This document shows positions 15,774 to 24,033 of a stretch of DNA of 35,901 bases, piece after piece; position 1 is the stretch's first letter; every line of letters starts with the position of its first letter. The position numbers were made by a program, and so were the translations under genes. The stretch is from Patescibacteria group bacterium (lineage in GTDB: Bacteria; Patescibacteriota; Doudnabacteria; UBA920). The stretch spans positions 1 through 35,901 of the forward strand of contig JAMCYA010000013.1 in the NCBI GenBank assembly GCA_023473845.1, written 5' to 3'. The notes beneath the pieces are model-generated. The model was given only the letters and a program-made list of their open reading frames with translations. It searched no databases and was not told where the DNA came from.

Positions 15774-17945
15774 ATGCTCAAACGCAAAAAATTTAAATTT
15801 TACTATCACCAGCAGGCTTTTTTACGCTTGAGCGACGGCCCAAAGCGCAGATACCCTTCGGGTAAAAAGTTCTTATTCTGGCTGGGCCGGGGCTTGTACG
15901 AAGTGGCTTACTGGGTGGGCTATGTCCTGTACGAGTTTTCCCGGCTCATAAAAGTTTTTTCCGTCACGGACTGGCGGCGTACGGGCAAGTCGTTAAAGCA
16001 GCGCTTCCACAAGTTTAGCCAGGCGCGGCCGGCCATGAACTTTACCGTGTTCGTTATTGTACTGCTTTTGCCCCTGGGCCTGATTGAGGGTTTCCGCCTG
16101 GCCGCCAAGGCCGTGGATACCCAAAACAAAGTTTTGCAGTTTACGGCCGCGGGTCTGGAGCAGTTCCAAAAAGCCAAAACCGATTTAGGCGAACAAAACT
16201 TTGCGGCCGCGGGCAACAGTTTTGCCCTGGCCGAGCGCAGCTTTAACACCGGCCGGGACGAACTTACGCAAATGGGCAGCATGCTGGGCGGCCTGGTCAA
16301 TTTGGCGCCGGTCAAACACCAGGCAGATTTGCTGGTGCAAACGGCCCAGCAGGCGGCCAGCGTGGGCTCGGAATTTTCGGCATTCGCCGAACAGATGAAC
16401 CAGCTGCAAATTACGCCAGCGGGTTTTGCCGTCACTGGCAACACTCAGTTTCCGGAGCTTATGGATCGCATGGATGCCTCCGTGGCCAAAATCAGCCGGG
16501 GGATTTTATTGATTGAAAACAACCTCCAAAACATTGACCCGAACAGCCTGCCTGCCGGCTACCGCGAAAGTTATGTGGAAAAAGCCGGCAGTTTTGCCGA
16601 GCTGGCCAAAAATTTCCAGAATCTGAAAAGCCTGTTCGAACTTTTCCGCTTAACCTTTTCCGGCCAGAACCGCATCCTGGTGGTTTTGGAAAACAACAAC
16701 GAGCTCCGGCCCACCGGCGGGTTTGTCGGCAGCTTTGCCAGCCTGAACGTGAAGGACGGCAACATTAGCACGCTGAAAATCGACAGCATTTACGCGCTCG
16801 ACGGCCAGCTGCAGGACAATATTGCGCCGCCTCAGCCCGTGCTCAACGTCAATAACCGCTGGTACATGCGCGACGCCAACTGGTTTGCCGATTTTCCGGA
16901 TTCCGCGCGCAAGCTATCCGCTTTTTACGAAAAGGAAGGCGGGGAAACGCCCGATATCATTATCGCCCTGACGCCTAACCTGATTATCGATTTGCTGCGC
17001 CTGACCGGGCCGGTGGACATGCCCAAGTACAACGTAACCCTCACGCCTGATAATTTTGTGGAATTGACCCAGGTGGTCAGCTCGGAATACGCCACCATGC
17101 CGGAAAATAAACCCAAACAAATTTTGGCCGACCTGGTGCCGGTGCTCTTCGACCGCCTGGCCAAGCTGGCGCCGGACCAAAAGCCGCAGTTTCTGGAAGC
17201 CTTGCAGAAAAATTTGAACGAGAAGCAGATTTTGCTATACTCCCGGAACGAGCCGCTGCAGAATTTGTACCAAAGTTTTAACTGGTCCGGGCACATTCTG
17301 GACACGGATCGCGACTACTTGTCGGTTGTGGGTGCAAATTTGGGCGCCACCAAGAGCGATCTTTACGTGGATCAAAGCATAAAACTGGTTACGGACATCG
17401 CGCTTGATGGCACAATTACCAACCACTTGACCATTACCCGGCACAACAAGCTGCCGCTTTTGGACCAGACTTTCAATAACAGTTTTATCCGCGTGCTCGT
17501 GCCCGCCGGCTCCAAGCTTCTGGAAAACCAGGGTTTCGATTACAAAGTATTGGACATGCAAAAACCTTTGGATCAAAAAACCGATGAAGAGGTTATGGCC
17601 TGGGAAAAGGGCGCGGTGCGCGACCTGGTCAGCGGCACGACCATTGGCACGGAAAGCGGTAAAACGTTCTTCGGCAACTGGCAAAAGCTGGACGGGGGGC
17701 AGACGCGCGACATAAATCTGGTCTACCAGCTGCCGTTTAAGCTAAAAGACATCGACCGCTACAGCCTGCTGCTGCAAAAGCAGCCGGGTGCGCAGAACCA
17801 AAATTTTACCCAGGAAGTGCACTTCGACAACCGCCGTTTGGAATGGTCCAATTTCCAGCCCCAGGACCTGACTGCCGATTCGTATTCCCAAACTTTGGAA
17901 TTAAACCGCGACCAGGTGCTGGGCGCCGTGTTCGTAAGGCGCTAA
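15774..17945 (+). CDS. DUF4012-family membrane-anchored extracytoplasmic protein
   Basis: TM plus coiled region, then NNNELRPTGGFVGS, RDANWFADFP and LLQKQPG, typical of DUF4012 proteins. Confidence 0.8.
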   Translation: MLKRKKFKFYYHQQAFLRLSDGPKRRYPSGKKFLFWLGRGLYEVAYWVGYVLYEFSRLIKVFSVTDWRRTGKSLKQRFHKFSQARPAMNFTVFVIVLLLPLGLIEGFRLAAKAVDTQNKVLQFTAAGLEQFQKAKTDLGEQNFAAAGNSFALAERSFNTGRDELTQMGSMLGGLVNLAPVKHQADLLVQTAQQAASVGSEFSAFAEQMNQLQITPAGFAVTGNTQFPELMDRMDASVAKISRGILLIENNLQNIDPNSLPAGYRESYVEKAGSFAELAKNFQNLKSLFELFRLTFSGQNRILVVLENNNELRPTGGFVGSFASLNVKDGNISTLKIDSIYALDGQLQDNIAPPQPVLNVNNRWYMRDANWFADFPDSARKLSAFYEKEGGETPDIIIALTPNLIIDLLRLTGPVDMPKYNVTLTPDNFVELTQVVSSEYATMPENKPKQILADLVPVLFDRLAKLAPDQKPQFLEALQKNLNEKQILLYSRNEPLQNLYQSFNWSGHILDTDRDYLSVVGANLGATKSDLYVDQSIKLVTDIALDGTITNHLTITRHNKLPLLDQTFNNSFIRVLVPAGSKLLENQGFDYKVLDMQKPLDQKTDEEVMAWEKGAVRDLVSGTTIGTESGKTFFGNWQKLDGGQTRDINLVYQLPFKLKDIDRYSLLLQKQPGAQNQNFTQEVHFDNRRLEWSNFQPQDLTADSYSQTLELNRDQVLGAVFVRR

Positions 17946-17952
17946 CCCAATT

Positions 17953-19536
17953 ATGCTTGGCCTAAAAAATCTGGAAACCAATTTTAACAGCTCCAAAGCC
18001 GCGCTCATCGTGGGCTTTTTAACGCTGGCCTCGCGCTTGGTGGGGCTGCTGCGCGACCGCTTGTTTGCCTCCAAATTCGGGGCGGGGGATATCCTGGACG
18101 CATACTACGCCGCTTTCCGCATCCCGGATTTAATCTTCAATTTACTGGTATTGGGCACGCTGTCCGTGGCTTTTATTCCCGTGTTTACTTCCCTGCTGAT
18201 TAAAGACAAGCAGCGGGCCATAAAAAACGCCAACACCGTACTCAATTTTTCCGCGGGCATTATGACTCTCTTTTGCCTGCTGCTCTTGCTGCTCTCCAAA
18301 CCGCTCACGCATTTGCTGGTCCCGGGTTTTACGGGGCAAAAACTGCAAAACACCTTGCTCTTGACCCGCATCTTCCTGCTGTCGCCGATAATTTTTACCA
18401 TTTCCAACGTCTTTAGCAGCGTGCTCAATGCCAGCAAGCGTTTTTTCATCGTGGGTTTTGCGCCCGTGCTCTATAACCTGGGCATCATTTTCGGTCTGCT
18501 GGTCTTGTACCCCAAGCTGGGCATTATGGGTTTGGGTCTGGGCGTTATTTTGGGCGCCGTGCTGCACGCGCTCTGCCAAATCCCCGAAGTGCTGTCGTTG
18601 GGCTTTTCTTGGCAGCCGGTTTTGGATATTAAAGACGAAGCCGTGCGGAAAATCGGCCGTCTGTTCTTGCCCCGCATTATTGGCGTGGATAATTCCCAGG
18701 TCAGCCTGCTTATCGGTTCCGTGGTCGGTTCGGTTTTAGCTTCCGGCTCCATTGCGGTTTTTACTTTGGCCAACAATTTGCAGGCCGTGCCTGTGGGTAT
18801 TTTTGCCATTTCTTCGGCCGTGGCCATTTTCCCCGTGCTCTCCGAAGAGTATGCCCGGCAGGAGCACGAAAAATTCCTGAACAGTCTGCGCGAAACCATT
18901 GTGCAGATTTCTTTTTACATTATCCCCATCAGCATCCTGCTTTTGCTGCTCCGGGCCCATGCCGTGCGCCTGGCTTTTGGCGCAGGTAAATTTAACTGGG
19001 ACGATACGCGCGCCACGTTCCAGGTATTGGGCATTTTCAGCATTTCGCTGTTCACCCAGGCGCTCTCACCCCTGTTCTCCCGAGCTTTTTACGCGCGCCA
19101 CAATACCAAGATTCCGGTAGTCATCAACCTGGGCGCTATGGCTCTAAACGCCTTTCTGGCGTATTATTTGGGCCTGAGAATGGGGATTTCCGGGGTTGCC
19201 TGGGGTTTTACCCTTTCCAGCATTTTAAACGCCATAGCCCTGTTTGTGGTCTTGCACTACAGCCTCTCTGAATCCGTGGACAATAGCCACGCCCTCCGCT
19301 TGTTTGACCAGCAGCTCGTTGACAGCCTGCTTAAAATTTTGGCCGCGAGCTTGGCCATGGGCCTGGTAACCTACGCCTGGCTGTATGCGCTGGCACCCTG
19401 GCTGGATACCCACACGGGCTTGGGCCTTTTGGTCCAATCTGGGGTATCCGCGTTCTTTGGCCTGAGCACTTTATTTGTTTGCGCATATTATGTAAAATTA
19501 CCCCAGGCTGTTCGATTGGCCAGGAAGCTGTTTTAA
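17953..19536 (+). CDS. murJ: Lipid II flippase MurJ (MviN)
   Basis: SRLVGLLRD, FGAG..LDAYYAAFRIPD, AFIPVF, RAFYARHNTKIP; many TMs. Confidence 0.95.
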   Translation: MLGLKNLETNFNSSKAALIVGFLTLASRLVGLLRDRLFASKFGAGDILDAYYAAFRIPDLIFNLLVLGTLSVAFIPVFTSLLIKDKQRAIKNANTVLNFSAGIMTLFCLLLLLLSKPLTHLLVPGFTGQKLQNTLLLTRIFLLSPIIFTISNVFSSVLNASKRFFIVGFAPVLYNLGIIFGLLVLYPKLGIMGLGLGVILGAVLHALCQIPEVLSLGFSWQPVLDIKDEAVRKIGRLFLPRIIGVDNSQVSLLIGSVVGSVLASGSIAVFTLANNLQAVPVGIFAISSAVAIFPVLSEEYARQEHEKFLNSLRETIVQISFYIIPISILLLLLRAHAVRLAFGAGKFNWDDTRATFQVLGIFSISLFTQALSPLFSRAFYARHNTKIPVVINLGAMALNAFLAYYLGLRMGISGVAWGFTLSSILNAIALFVVLHYSLSESVDNSHALRLFDQQLVDSLLKILAASLAMGLVTYAWLYALAPWLDTHTGLGLLVQSGVSAFFGLSTLFVCAYYVKLPQAVRLARKLF

Positions 19537-19554
19537 GAAAGACCCCCGAAGGAC

Positions 19555-21348
19555 ATGGACCTGAAGCATATCCGAAATTTTTGCATCATTGCGCATATTG
19601 ACCACGGCAAATCCACGCTCGCGGACCGGCTTTTGGAAGTTACCCACACAGTTGCCAAACGGGACATGAAAAGCCAGCTTTTGGACACCATGGATTTGGA
19701 GCGGGAGAGGGGCATTACCATCAAGCTCCAGCCCGTGCGCATGGAATACACGCTGAATAACGAAAAGTACCTTTTGAATTTGATTGATACGCCGGGTCAC
19801 GTGGATTTTACCTACGAAGTTTCGCGCTCCTTAAACGCCTGCGAGGGCGCTATTTTGGTGGTGGATTCCACCCAGGGCATCGAGGCCCAGACTTTGGCCA
19901 ACGTGCACTTGGCTTTGGAGCACAACCTAAAGCTAATTCCCGTGGTCAACAAAATAGACTTGCCCAACTCCAACCGCGAGGAAACCGCGCGTGAACTTAT
20001 GGACGCGTTCGGCTTTGAGGAAAACGAAATCCTTTACGCTTCCGGCAAAACCGGCGAAGGCGTGGAGGGCATACTTAAGGCCATTATTGAGCGCGTGCCC
20101 GAACCCGTGGGCGATTCCAAAAAGCCGCTTAAGGCCCTGATATTTGATTCCAGCTACGACATCCATAAAGGCGTGATTGTGTTTGTGCGCGTTATGGATG
20201 GCGAATTGTTCCCGCGCGAAAAAATTTGGCTCATGGGCAGCAAGACCGAGGCGGAAAGCCTGGAAGTCGGCTACTTTAACCCCAAGTTCGAAAAATCCGG
20301 CCAGCTTAACACCAGCGAAGTGGGCTACATTGTTACGGGCTTGCGCGATGTCAGCCGCGCGCGCGTGGGCGACACGGTGACTCTGTTCGAAGGACGCCAA
20401 ACAGTAGAGCCCTTGCCCGGCTACAAGCAAATTAAGCCCATGGTCTATGCCACCATTTTTCCCACTTCGGGCGACGACTATCCGCTCTTGCGCGATGCCA
20501 TAGAAAAGCTCAAGCTTTCGGACGCGGCTTTGGAATTTGAACCCGTGAACATTCCCAGCATTGGCTTTGGCTTCCGCACGGGCTTTTTGGGTTTGCTCCA
20601 CATGGATATTGTGCAGGAGCGCTTAACCCGCGAATACAATTTAGATTTGGTGCTCACCGCGCCTACTGTGGCTTACCGCGTGGTCAAAAACAGCGGCGAG
20701 GAAGTGCTTATCCATAACCCCGCGGAATTCCCGGACCCTTCGCACATTAAGGAAATTTTTGAACCCTGGATGGCGGTCAACATTTTAACTCCCAGCGACT
20801 ACATTGGGCCAATTATGGAAATCGCCACCCAAAGGCGCGCCATTTCCAAGGACATTAAATACATTGGCAAGGACCGGGTGGACATGATTTTCGAAATGCC
20901 TTTGGCCAACATCATTACCGACTTTTACGATAAGCTAAAAAGCGTGTCCTCGGGCTACGCCAGCCTGAACTACGAATTTATGGAAGAGCGCCCGGGTGAT
21001 TTGGTCAAAGTGGATATTTTAGTGGCCAGCGAGCCTGTGCCGGCCATGGCCGCCATTATGCACCGCTCCACCGCGCACATAGACGGCAAGGAACTGGTGG
21101 AAAAGCTCAAAACGCTTATTCCCCGCCATCAGTTTGAAATTGCCATCCAAGCTGCCATTGGCGGCAAAATTGTAGCCCGCGAAACCATTTCGGCTTTGCG
21201 CAAAGACGTAACCGGCTACCTCTACGGCGGCGACGTTACCCGCAAAATGAAGTTACTGAATAAGCAAAAAAAGGGCAAAAAGCGGATGAAGAAGATTGGG
21301 AAGGTTGATATACCCCAAGAAGCCTTTTTGGCAGTGTTGAAAAAATAA
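19555..21348 (+). CDS. lepA: Elongation factor 4 (LepA)
   Basis: IRNFCIIAHIDHGKSTLADRL, DTPGHVDF, NKID, GFLGLLH, YGGDVTRKMKLL.KQKKGKKRMK. Confidence 0.98.
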   Translation: MDLKHIRNFCIIAHIDHGKSTLADRLLEVTHTVAKRDMKSQLLDTMDLERERGITIKLQPVRMEYTLNNEKYLLNLIDTPGHVDFTYEVSRSLNACEGAILVVDSTQGIEAQTLANVHLALEHNLKLIPVVNKIDLPNSNREETARELMDAFGFEENEILYASGKTGEGVEGILKAIIERVPEPVGDSKKPLKALIFDSSYDIHKGVIVFVRVMDGELFPREKIWLMGSKTEAESLEVGYFNPKFEKSGQLNTSEVGYIVTGLRDVSRARVGDTVTLFEGRQTVEPLPGYKQIKPMVYATIFPTSGDDYPLLRDAIEKLKLSDAALEFEPVNIPSIGFGFRTGFLGLLHMDIVQERLTREYNLDLVLTAPTVAYRVVKNSGEEVLIHNPAEFPDPSHIKEIFEPWMAVNILTPSDYIGPIMEIATQRRAISKDIKYIGKDRVDMIFEMPLANIITDFYDKLKSVSSGYASLNYEFMEERPGDLVKVDILVASEPVPAMAAIMHRSTAHIDGKELVEKLKTLIPRHQFEIAIQAAIGGKIVARETISALRKDVTGYLYGGDVTRKMKLLNKQKKGKKRMKKIGKVDIPQEAFLAVLKK

Positions 21349-21353
21349 TTTTG

Positions 21354-21362
21354 TGATATACT
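21354..21362 (+). promoter_or_regulatory. Extended -10 promoter for the small ORF/DUF3800 unit
   Basis: TGaTATACT 5 nt after the lepA stop and 24 nt before ATG 21387. Confidence 0.6.
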
Positions 21363-21386
21363 AGAGACACTAGTAAAAATACGCTT

Positions 21387-21554
21387 ATGAAAAAAGACAA
21401 AAAAGTAATCAAAGTATCGGGTGTGGAAAGAGAGATTTTGAGAGAAATTGTTCGCTCAGAAAAGGCAAATATTAGGGTGTTTAATTTGCAAAACAAGAGC
21501 GAACATAACAGATATGAACGTACACTACAAAGTTTAGACAATAAATTATCGTAG
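21387..21554 (+). CDS. 55-aa basic hypothetical protein (not in the ORF track)
   Basis: Hand translation MKKDKKVIKVSGVEREILREIVRSEKANIRVFNLQNKSEHNRYERTLQSLDNKLS*. Fills the gap between the promoter and DUF3800 gene, ending 12 nt before it. Confidence 0.6.
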   Translation: MKKDKKVIKVSGVEREILREIVRSEKANIRVFNLQNKSEHNRYERTLQSLDNKLS

Positions 21555-21566
21555 GGTGATAAGGAT

Positions 21567-22295
21567 ATGTTTGTCGCATGTGATGAAAGTGGAATACAGG
21601 CTTCAGATAAATACCTGGTAATCGGTTCGGTCTGGATGTCTAAATCTAAACTATCAGAATTCGAAAAAAAGGTTACAACACTAAGGTTAAATTCGAAGTG
21701 CTGGGGCGAAATTAAATGGAACAAGGTTAGGAGCATGTCTAACGACATGCTTTCTTTTTATAAATTTTTTATTGATTTAGCCTTTGATGATATCCCCGTA
21801 TGTTTTCGTTTCGTTGTAGTAGAAAAATCTCTTTTGAACTTAAAAAAATACCACGAAAACAGCATAGAATTAGTTCGTTTAAAATTTCTACACCTTCTTA
21901 TCAGTAGATATGCCGATAAATTTCTTGATGGCAAAACAAAAAAAGGTTTACATATAGTTATTGACGAATTTGAAGAGAGCAGGCAAGCAAAGGAAGAACA
22001 TTGGCAACAAAAAACTAGAAAATATACCGAGTCACACCTTGAGTGCCCAATTGAGCATATGCAACCATGTAATTCCCACATATGTTCATTGGTTCAGCTT
22101 TGTGATTTGTTTACTGGGGCGACTTCTTATTCTTGGAATACACCTGAAAGCAAGAGGCGGTTGCAAAAAAATGAACTTGCAAATTATATTGAGAGAAAAA
22201 CTGGTAAAAAACTAGACTCTGTGACCTTACCAACAGAAAAAGAGTTTAACATGTGGAGATGGAAACCCAGCCCATTCAAACAGACATTTTTATAA
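21567..22295 (+). CDS. DUF3800-family protein (predicted RNase H-like fold)
   Basis: N-terminal FVACDESG, central EIKW and IVIDE, C-terminal LVQLCDLF (QxxD). Visibly AT-rich relative to flanks. Confidence 0.82.
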   Translation: MFVACDESGIQASDKYLVIGSVWMSKSKLSEFEKKVTTLRLNSKCWGEIKWNKVRSMSNDMLSFYKFFIDLAFDDIPVCFRFVVVEKSLLNLKKYHENSIELVRLKFLHLLISRYADKFLDGKTKKGLHIVIDEFEESRQAKEEHWQQKTRKYTESHLECPIEHMQPCNSHICSLVQLCDLFTGATSYSWNTPESKRRLQKNELANYIERKTGKKLDSVTLPTEKEFNMWRWKPSPFKQTFL

Positions 22296-22304
22296 TCTTA
22301 CTTT

Positions 22305-22344
22305 AAAAACAGGACGTCCCCGGCGCGGTTGGGGACGTCCTTTT
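22305..22344. terminator. Strong hairpin, probable bidirectional terminator
   Basis: AGGACGTCCCC-ggcgcggtt-GGGGACGTCCT (22311-22341), with an A-run before and TTT after; lies between convergent ORFs. Confidence 0.75.
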
Positions 22345-22361
22345 GAATGCGGTAAACACCG

Positions 22362-22637
22362 CTAGGGCCGGAGGGCAACGGGGATGAATCCGTTCTCGTG
22401 TGCACTGGTAGCGTACCGGAGAAAGGTTTCCTCGGATAGGGCAACGCCCCTGCCCAGGAGTAACCCTATTTCCCATAGGAGCTCCTGGATGCGCGTCTTG
22501 GCCATTTCGGGTGTCCACCCGAAGATGGTGGCCGCCTTGACCACCAAGGCCTTGAGGCTCTGGTCGTTTTCATTTGCCCGGAATTGCGCATGTGCGCCCT
22601 TCAAGGCTTCAACTTCCCCCGTCTGTATTTTCAGCAT
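22362..22637 (-). CDS. 91-aa orphan hypothetical protein
   Basis: MLKIQTGEVEAL...FIPVALRP; GC-rich third positions, AAAGGA upstream, extended -10 (TGtTATAGT, 22696-22688) and a downstream hairpin. Confidence 0.6.
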   Translation of the reverse strand: MLKIQTGEVEALKGAHAQFRANENDQSLKALVVKAATIFGWTPEMAKTRIQELLWEIGLLLGRGVALSEETFLRYATSAHENGFIPVALRP

Positions 22638-22681
22638 AAATCCAGTATATTCCTTTTTATAAATAGGCAAAAGCCCAAATC

Positions 22682-22696
22682 TGATATACTATAACA
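22682..22696. promoter_or_regulatory. Overlapping divergent extended -10 elements
   Basis: Plus TGaTATACT (22682-22690); minus TGtTATAGT (22696-22688). Confidence 0.5.
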
Positions 22697-22720
22697 ACTA
22701 TTTATTATTCAAATCTTTAA

Positions 22721-23329
22721 ATGAAGAACGAAGAAAAAAAGTCACGGATTAGCTGGTTAATGGAAAACATTAGGGCTTTGCAGAGCGAGCTGGACGCGGA
22801 ACTCGCCAAGCAGCGGGCAAGATTGTCTTACGGCCTGGAAAAGGGGAGGGCGGTTTTTGAGCAGGAAATTTTAAGAAGGCAAAAAGAACTTAAGATTAGC
22901 CTGTTTAAATACGTAACTCATGCCAATATTTTAACTGTGCTCACTGCGCCGGTCATTTATGCCATGATTGTGCCGTTTGTATTTTTGGATATCTGCGTGA
23001 GCATTTACCAGTTTGTGTGTTTTCCGGCTTACGGCATTACCAAAGTAAAGCGCAACGACTACATTGTTTTTGACCGCGAATACCTGGCCTACTTGAATTT
23101 GCTGCAAAAAATTAACTGCGGCTACTGTTCCTATGCCAATGGCGTGGCCGGGTATGTGCGGGAAGTGGCTGGCCGCACGGAAGAATACTGGTGCCCCATT
23201 AAGCACGCCAAAAAAATGGTTAACGCCCACGAGCACTACAAAAACTTTGTGGAGTTCGGGGATGCCGAAAGCTTCCGCGAATTAATGAAGCACGAGCCGG
23301 ATTTACACAAAGAGGCAAAAGAAAGCTAG
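22721..23329 (+). CDS. Conserved hypothetical membrane protein with Cys motifs
   Basis: N-terminal coiled coil, hydrophobic segment, YQFVCFPAYGI.KV.R, KINCGYCSYANG, YWCPIKHA. Confidence 0.85.
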   Translation: MKNEEKKSRISWLMENIRALQSELDAELAKQRARLSYGLEKGRAVFEQEILRRQKELKISLFKYVTHANILTVLTAPVIYAMIVPFVFLDICVSIYQFVCFPAYGITKVKRNDYIVFDREYLAYLNLLQKINCGYCSYANGVAGYVREVAGRTEEYWCPIKHAKKMVNAHEHYKNFVEFGDAESFRELMKHEPDLHKEAKES

Positions 23330-23333
23330 GGCA

Positions 23334-23362
23334 TTGACAAAACTCCTGAATTTGGGTAAATT
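23334..23362 (+). promoter_or_regulatory. sigma70 promoter for the 67-aa ORF
   Basis: TTGACA (23334-23339), 17 nt, TAAATT (23357-23362). Confidence 0.65.
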
Positions 23363-23410
23363 ACCAAGTTATCTGACCGCGTATCCCAAATCACAAGGAG
23401 TGAAACAATA

Positions 23411-23614
23411 ATGAAAGGCAAGTCGGAAGACATCCACACGGTAATGAACTTCACCGCCGATGGGGAAATCCATTTTACCCAGCACGAGCCGGACGACTGT
23501 CCGGTGCACGGCAACGGCCAAACCAAAGGCAAGAGCCACGTTGGCTCAACTGCAGCGTTCCGCCTTGGCTGGGACGAGTGGCAAGCCCGAAGCCGCAAGG
23601 CCAACCTCAACTAA
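23411..23614 (+). CDS. 67-aa hypothetical protein
   Basis: AAGGAG Shine-Dalgarno at 23395-23400, own promoter and terminator; His/Cys-containing (HEPDDCPVH). Confidence 0.72.
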   Translation: MKGKSEDIHTVMNFTADGEIHFTQHEPDDCPVHGNGQTKGKSHVGSTAAFRLGWDEWQARSRKANLN

Positions 23615-23641
23615 CGGCCTCATACTGGCCTAATCTAACCC

Positions 23642-23687
23642 GCGCGTTCCCTGAAAGCTCCGGCTAAAGGGGAACGCGCTTTGTTTT
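23642..23687 (+). terminator. Intrinsic terminator
   Basis: GCGCGTTCCC (23642-23651) pairs with GGGAACGCGC (23670-23679), followed by TTTGTTTT. Confidence 0.7.
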
Positions 23688-23693
23688 GCTGAC

Positions 23694-23737
23694 AAAATGA
23701 AAACGACTGCGCGGCAAAGGGGACCGGCAGCCGTTTC
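23694..23737 (-). terminator. Intrinsic terminator for the minus-strand 57-aa ORF
   Basis: On minus strand GAAACGGCTGC...GCAGTCGTTTT-CATTTT, with G-U pairs that only form in this orientation. Confidence 0.55.
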
Positions 23738-23761
23738 CTTGTTGGAGCGGAGGCGGATAAG

Positions 23762-23935
23762 CTACGGCACAGCGGCTGTAGCGGCGGTACTGGGCGATGG
23801 GGGGTTAGTGGTTTGCGCCACCTGTTGGTTTTTGGCCAAATGGAGCAGGAAAATGACGCCTGCCACAATGAAGAATAACCGAAGCAGCCACATGGCTGCA
23901 AGCGATTGCTGTTGACGACGGTTCCGTCTGCTCAT
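23762..23935 (-). CDS. 57-aa single-TM orphan protein with Pro/Thr/Ala-rich tail
   Basis: MSRRNRRQQQSLAAMWLLRLFFIVAGVIFLLHLAKNQQVAQTTNPPSPSTAATAAVP; GGGAGG upstream, consensus promoter and terminator. The longer 123-aa start in the track is unlikely. Confidence 0.68.
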   Translation of the reverse strand: MSRRNRRQQQSLAAMWLLRLFFIVAGVIFLLHLAKNQQVAQTTNPPSPSTAATAAVP

Positions 23936-23971
23936 ATCTTGAGAAACCCTCCCTATGGTTTCTAATTGCAA

Positions 23972-24000
23972 ATTATATGGGCTTTTGCATCCAGTGTAAA
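23972..24000 (-). promoter_or_regulatory. sigma70 promoter for the 57-aa ORF
   Basis: Minus strand TTTACA (24000-23995), 17 nt, TATAAT (23977-23972). Confidence 0.7.
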
Positions 24001-24033
24001 GGCGGGCTTGTGTATAAGCCTTGGGGTCAAAAA

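Noticed and set aside
21236..21748. 170-aa minus-strand ORF
   Set aside because: It overlaps both lepA and the DUF3800 gene in antisense; the plus-strand 55-aa ORF with a promoter explains the gap better.
22296..22720. CRISPR array, RNase P RNA or tmRNA
   Set aside because: No regularly spaced repeats; the minus-strand GAGGAAAC does not continue as the RNase P GAGGAAAGUCC consensus; no tRNA-like tmRNA ends.
22667..23988. 11-bp inverted repeat GCAAAAGCCCA (22667-22677 and 23988-23978) as element ends or a shared operator
   Set aside because: An 11-mer match is expected by chance over a few kb, the position relative to the -10 differs, and no transposase is enclosed.
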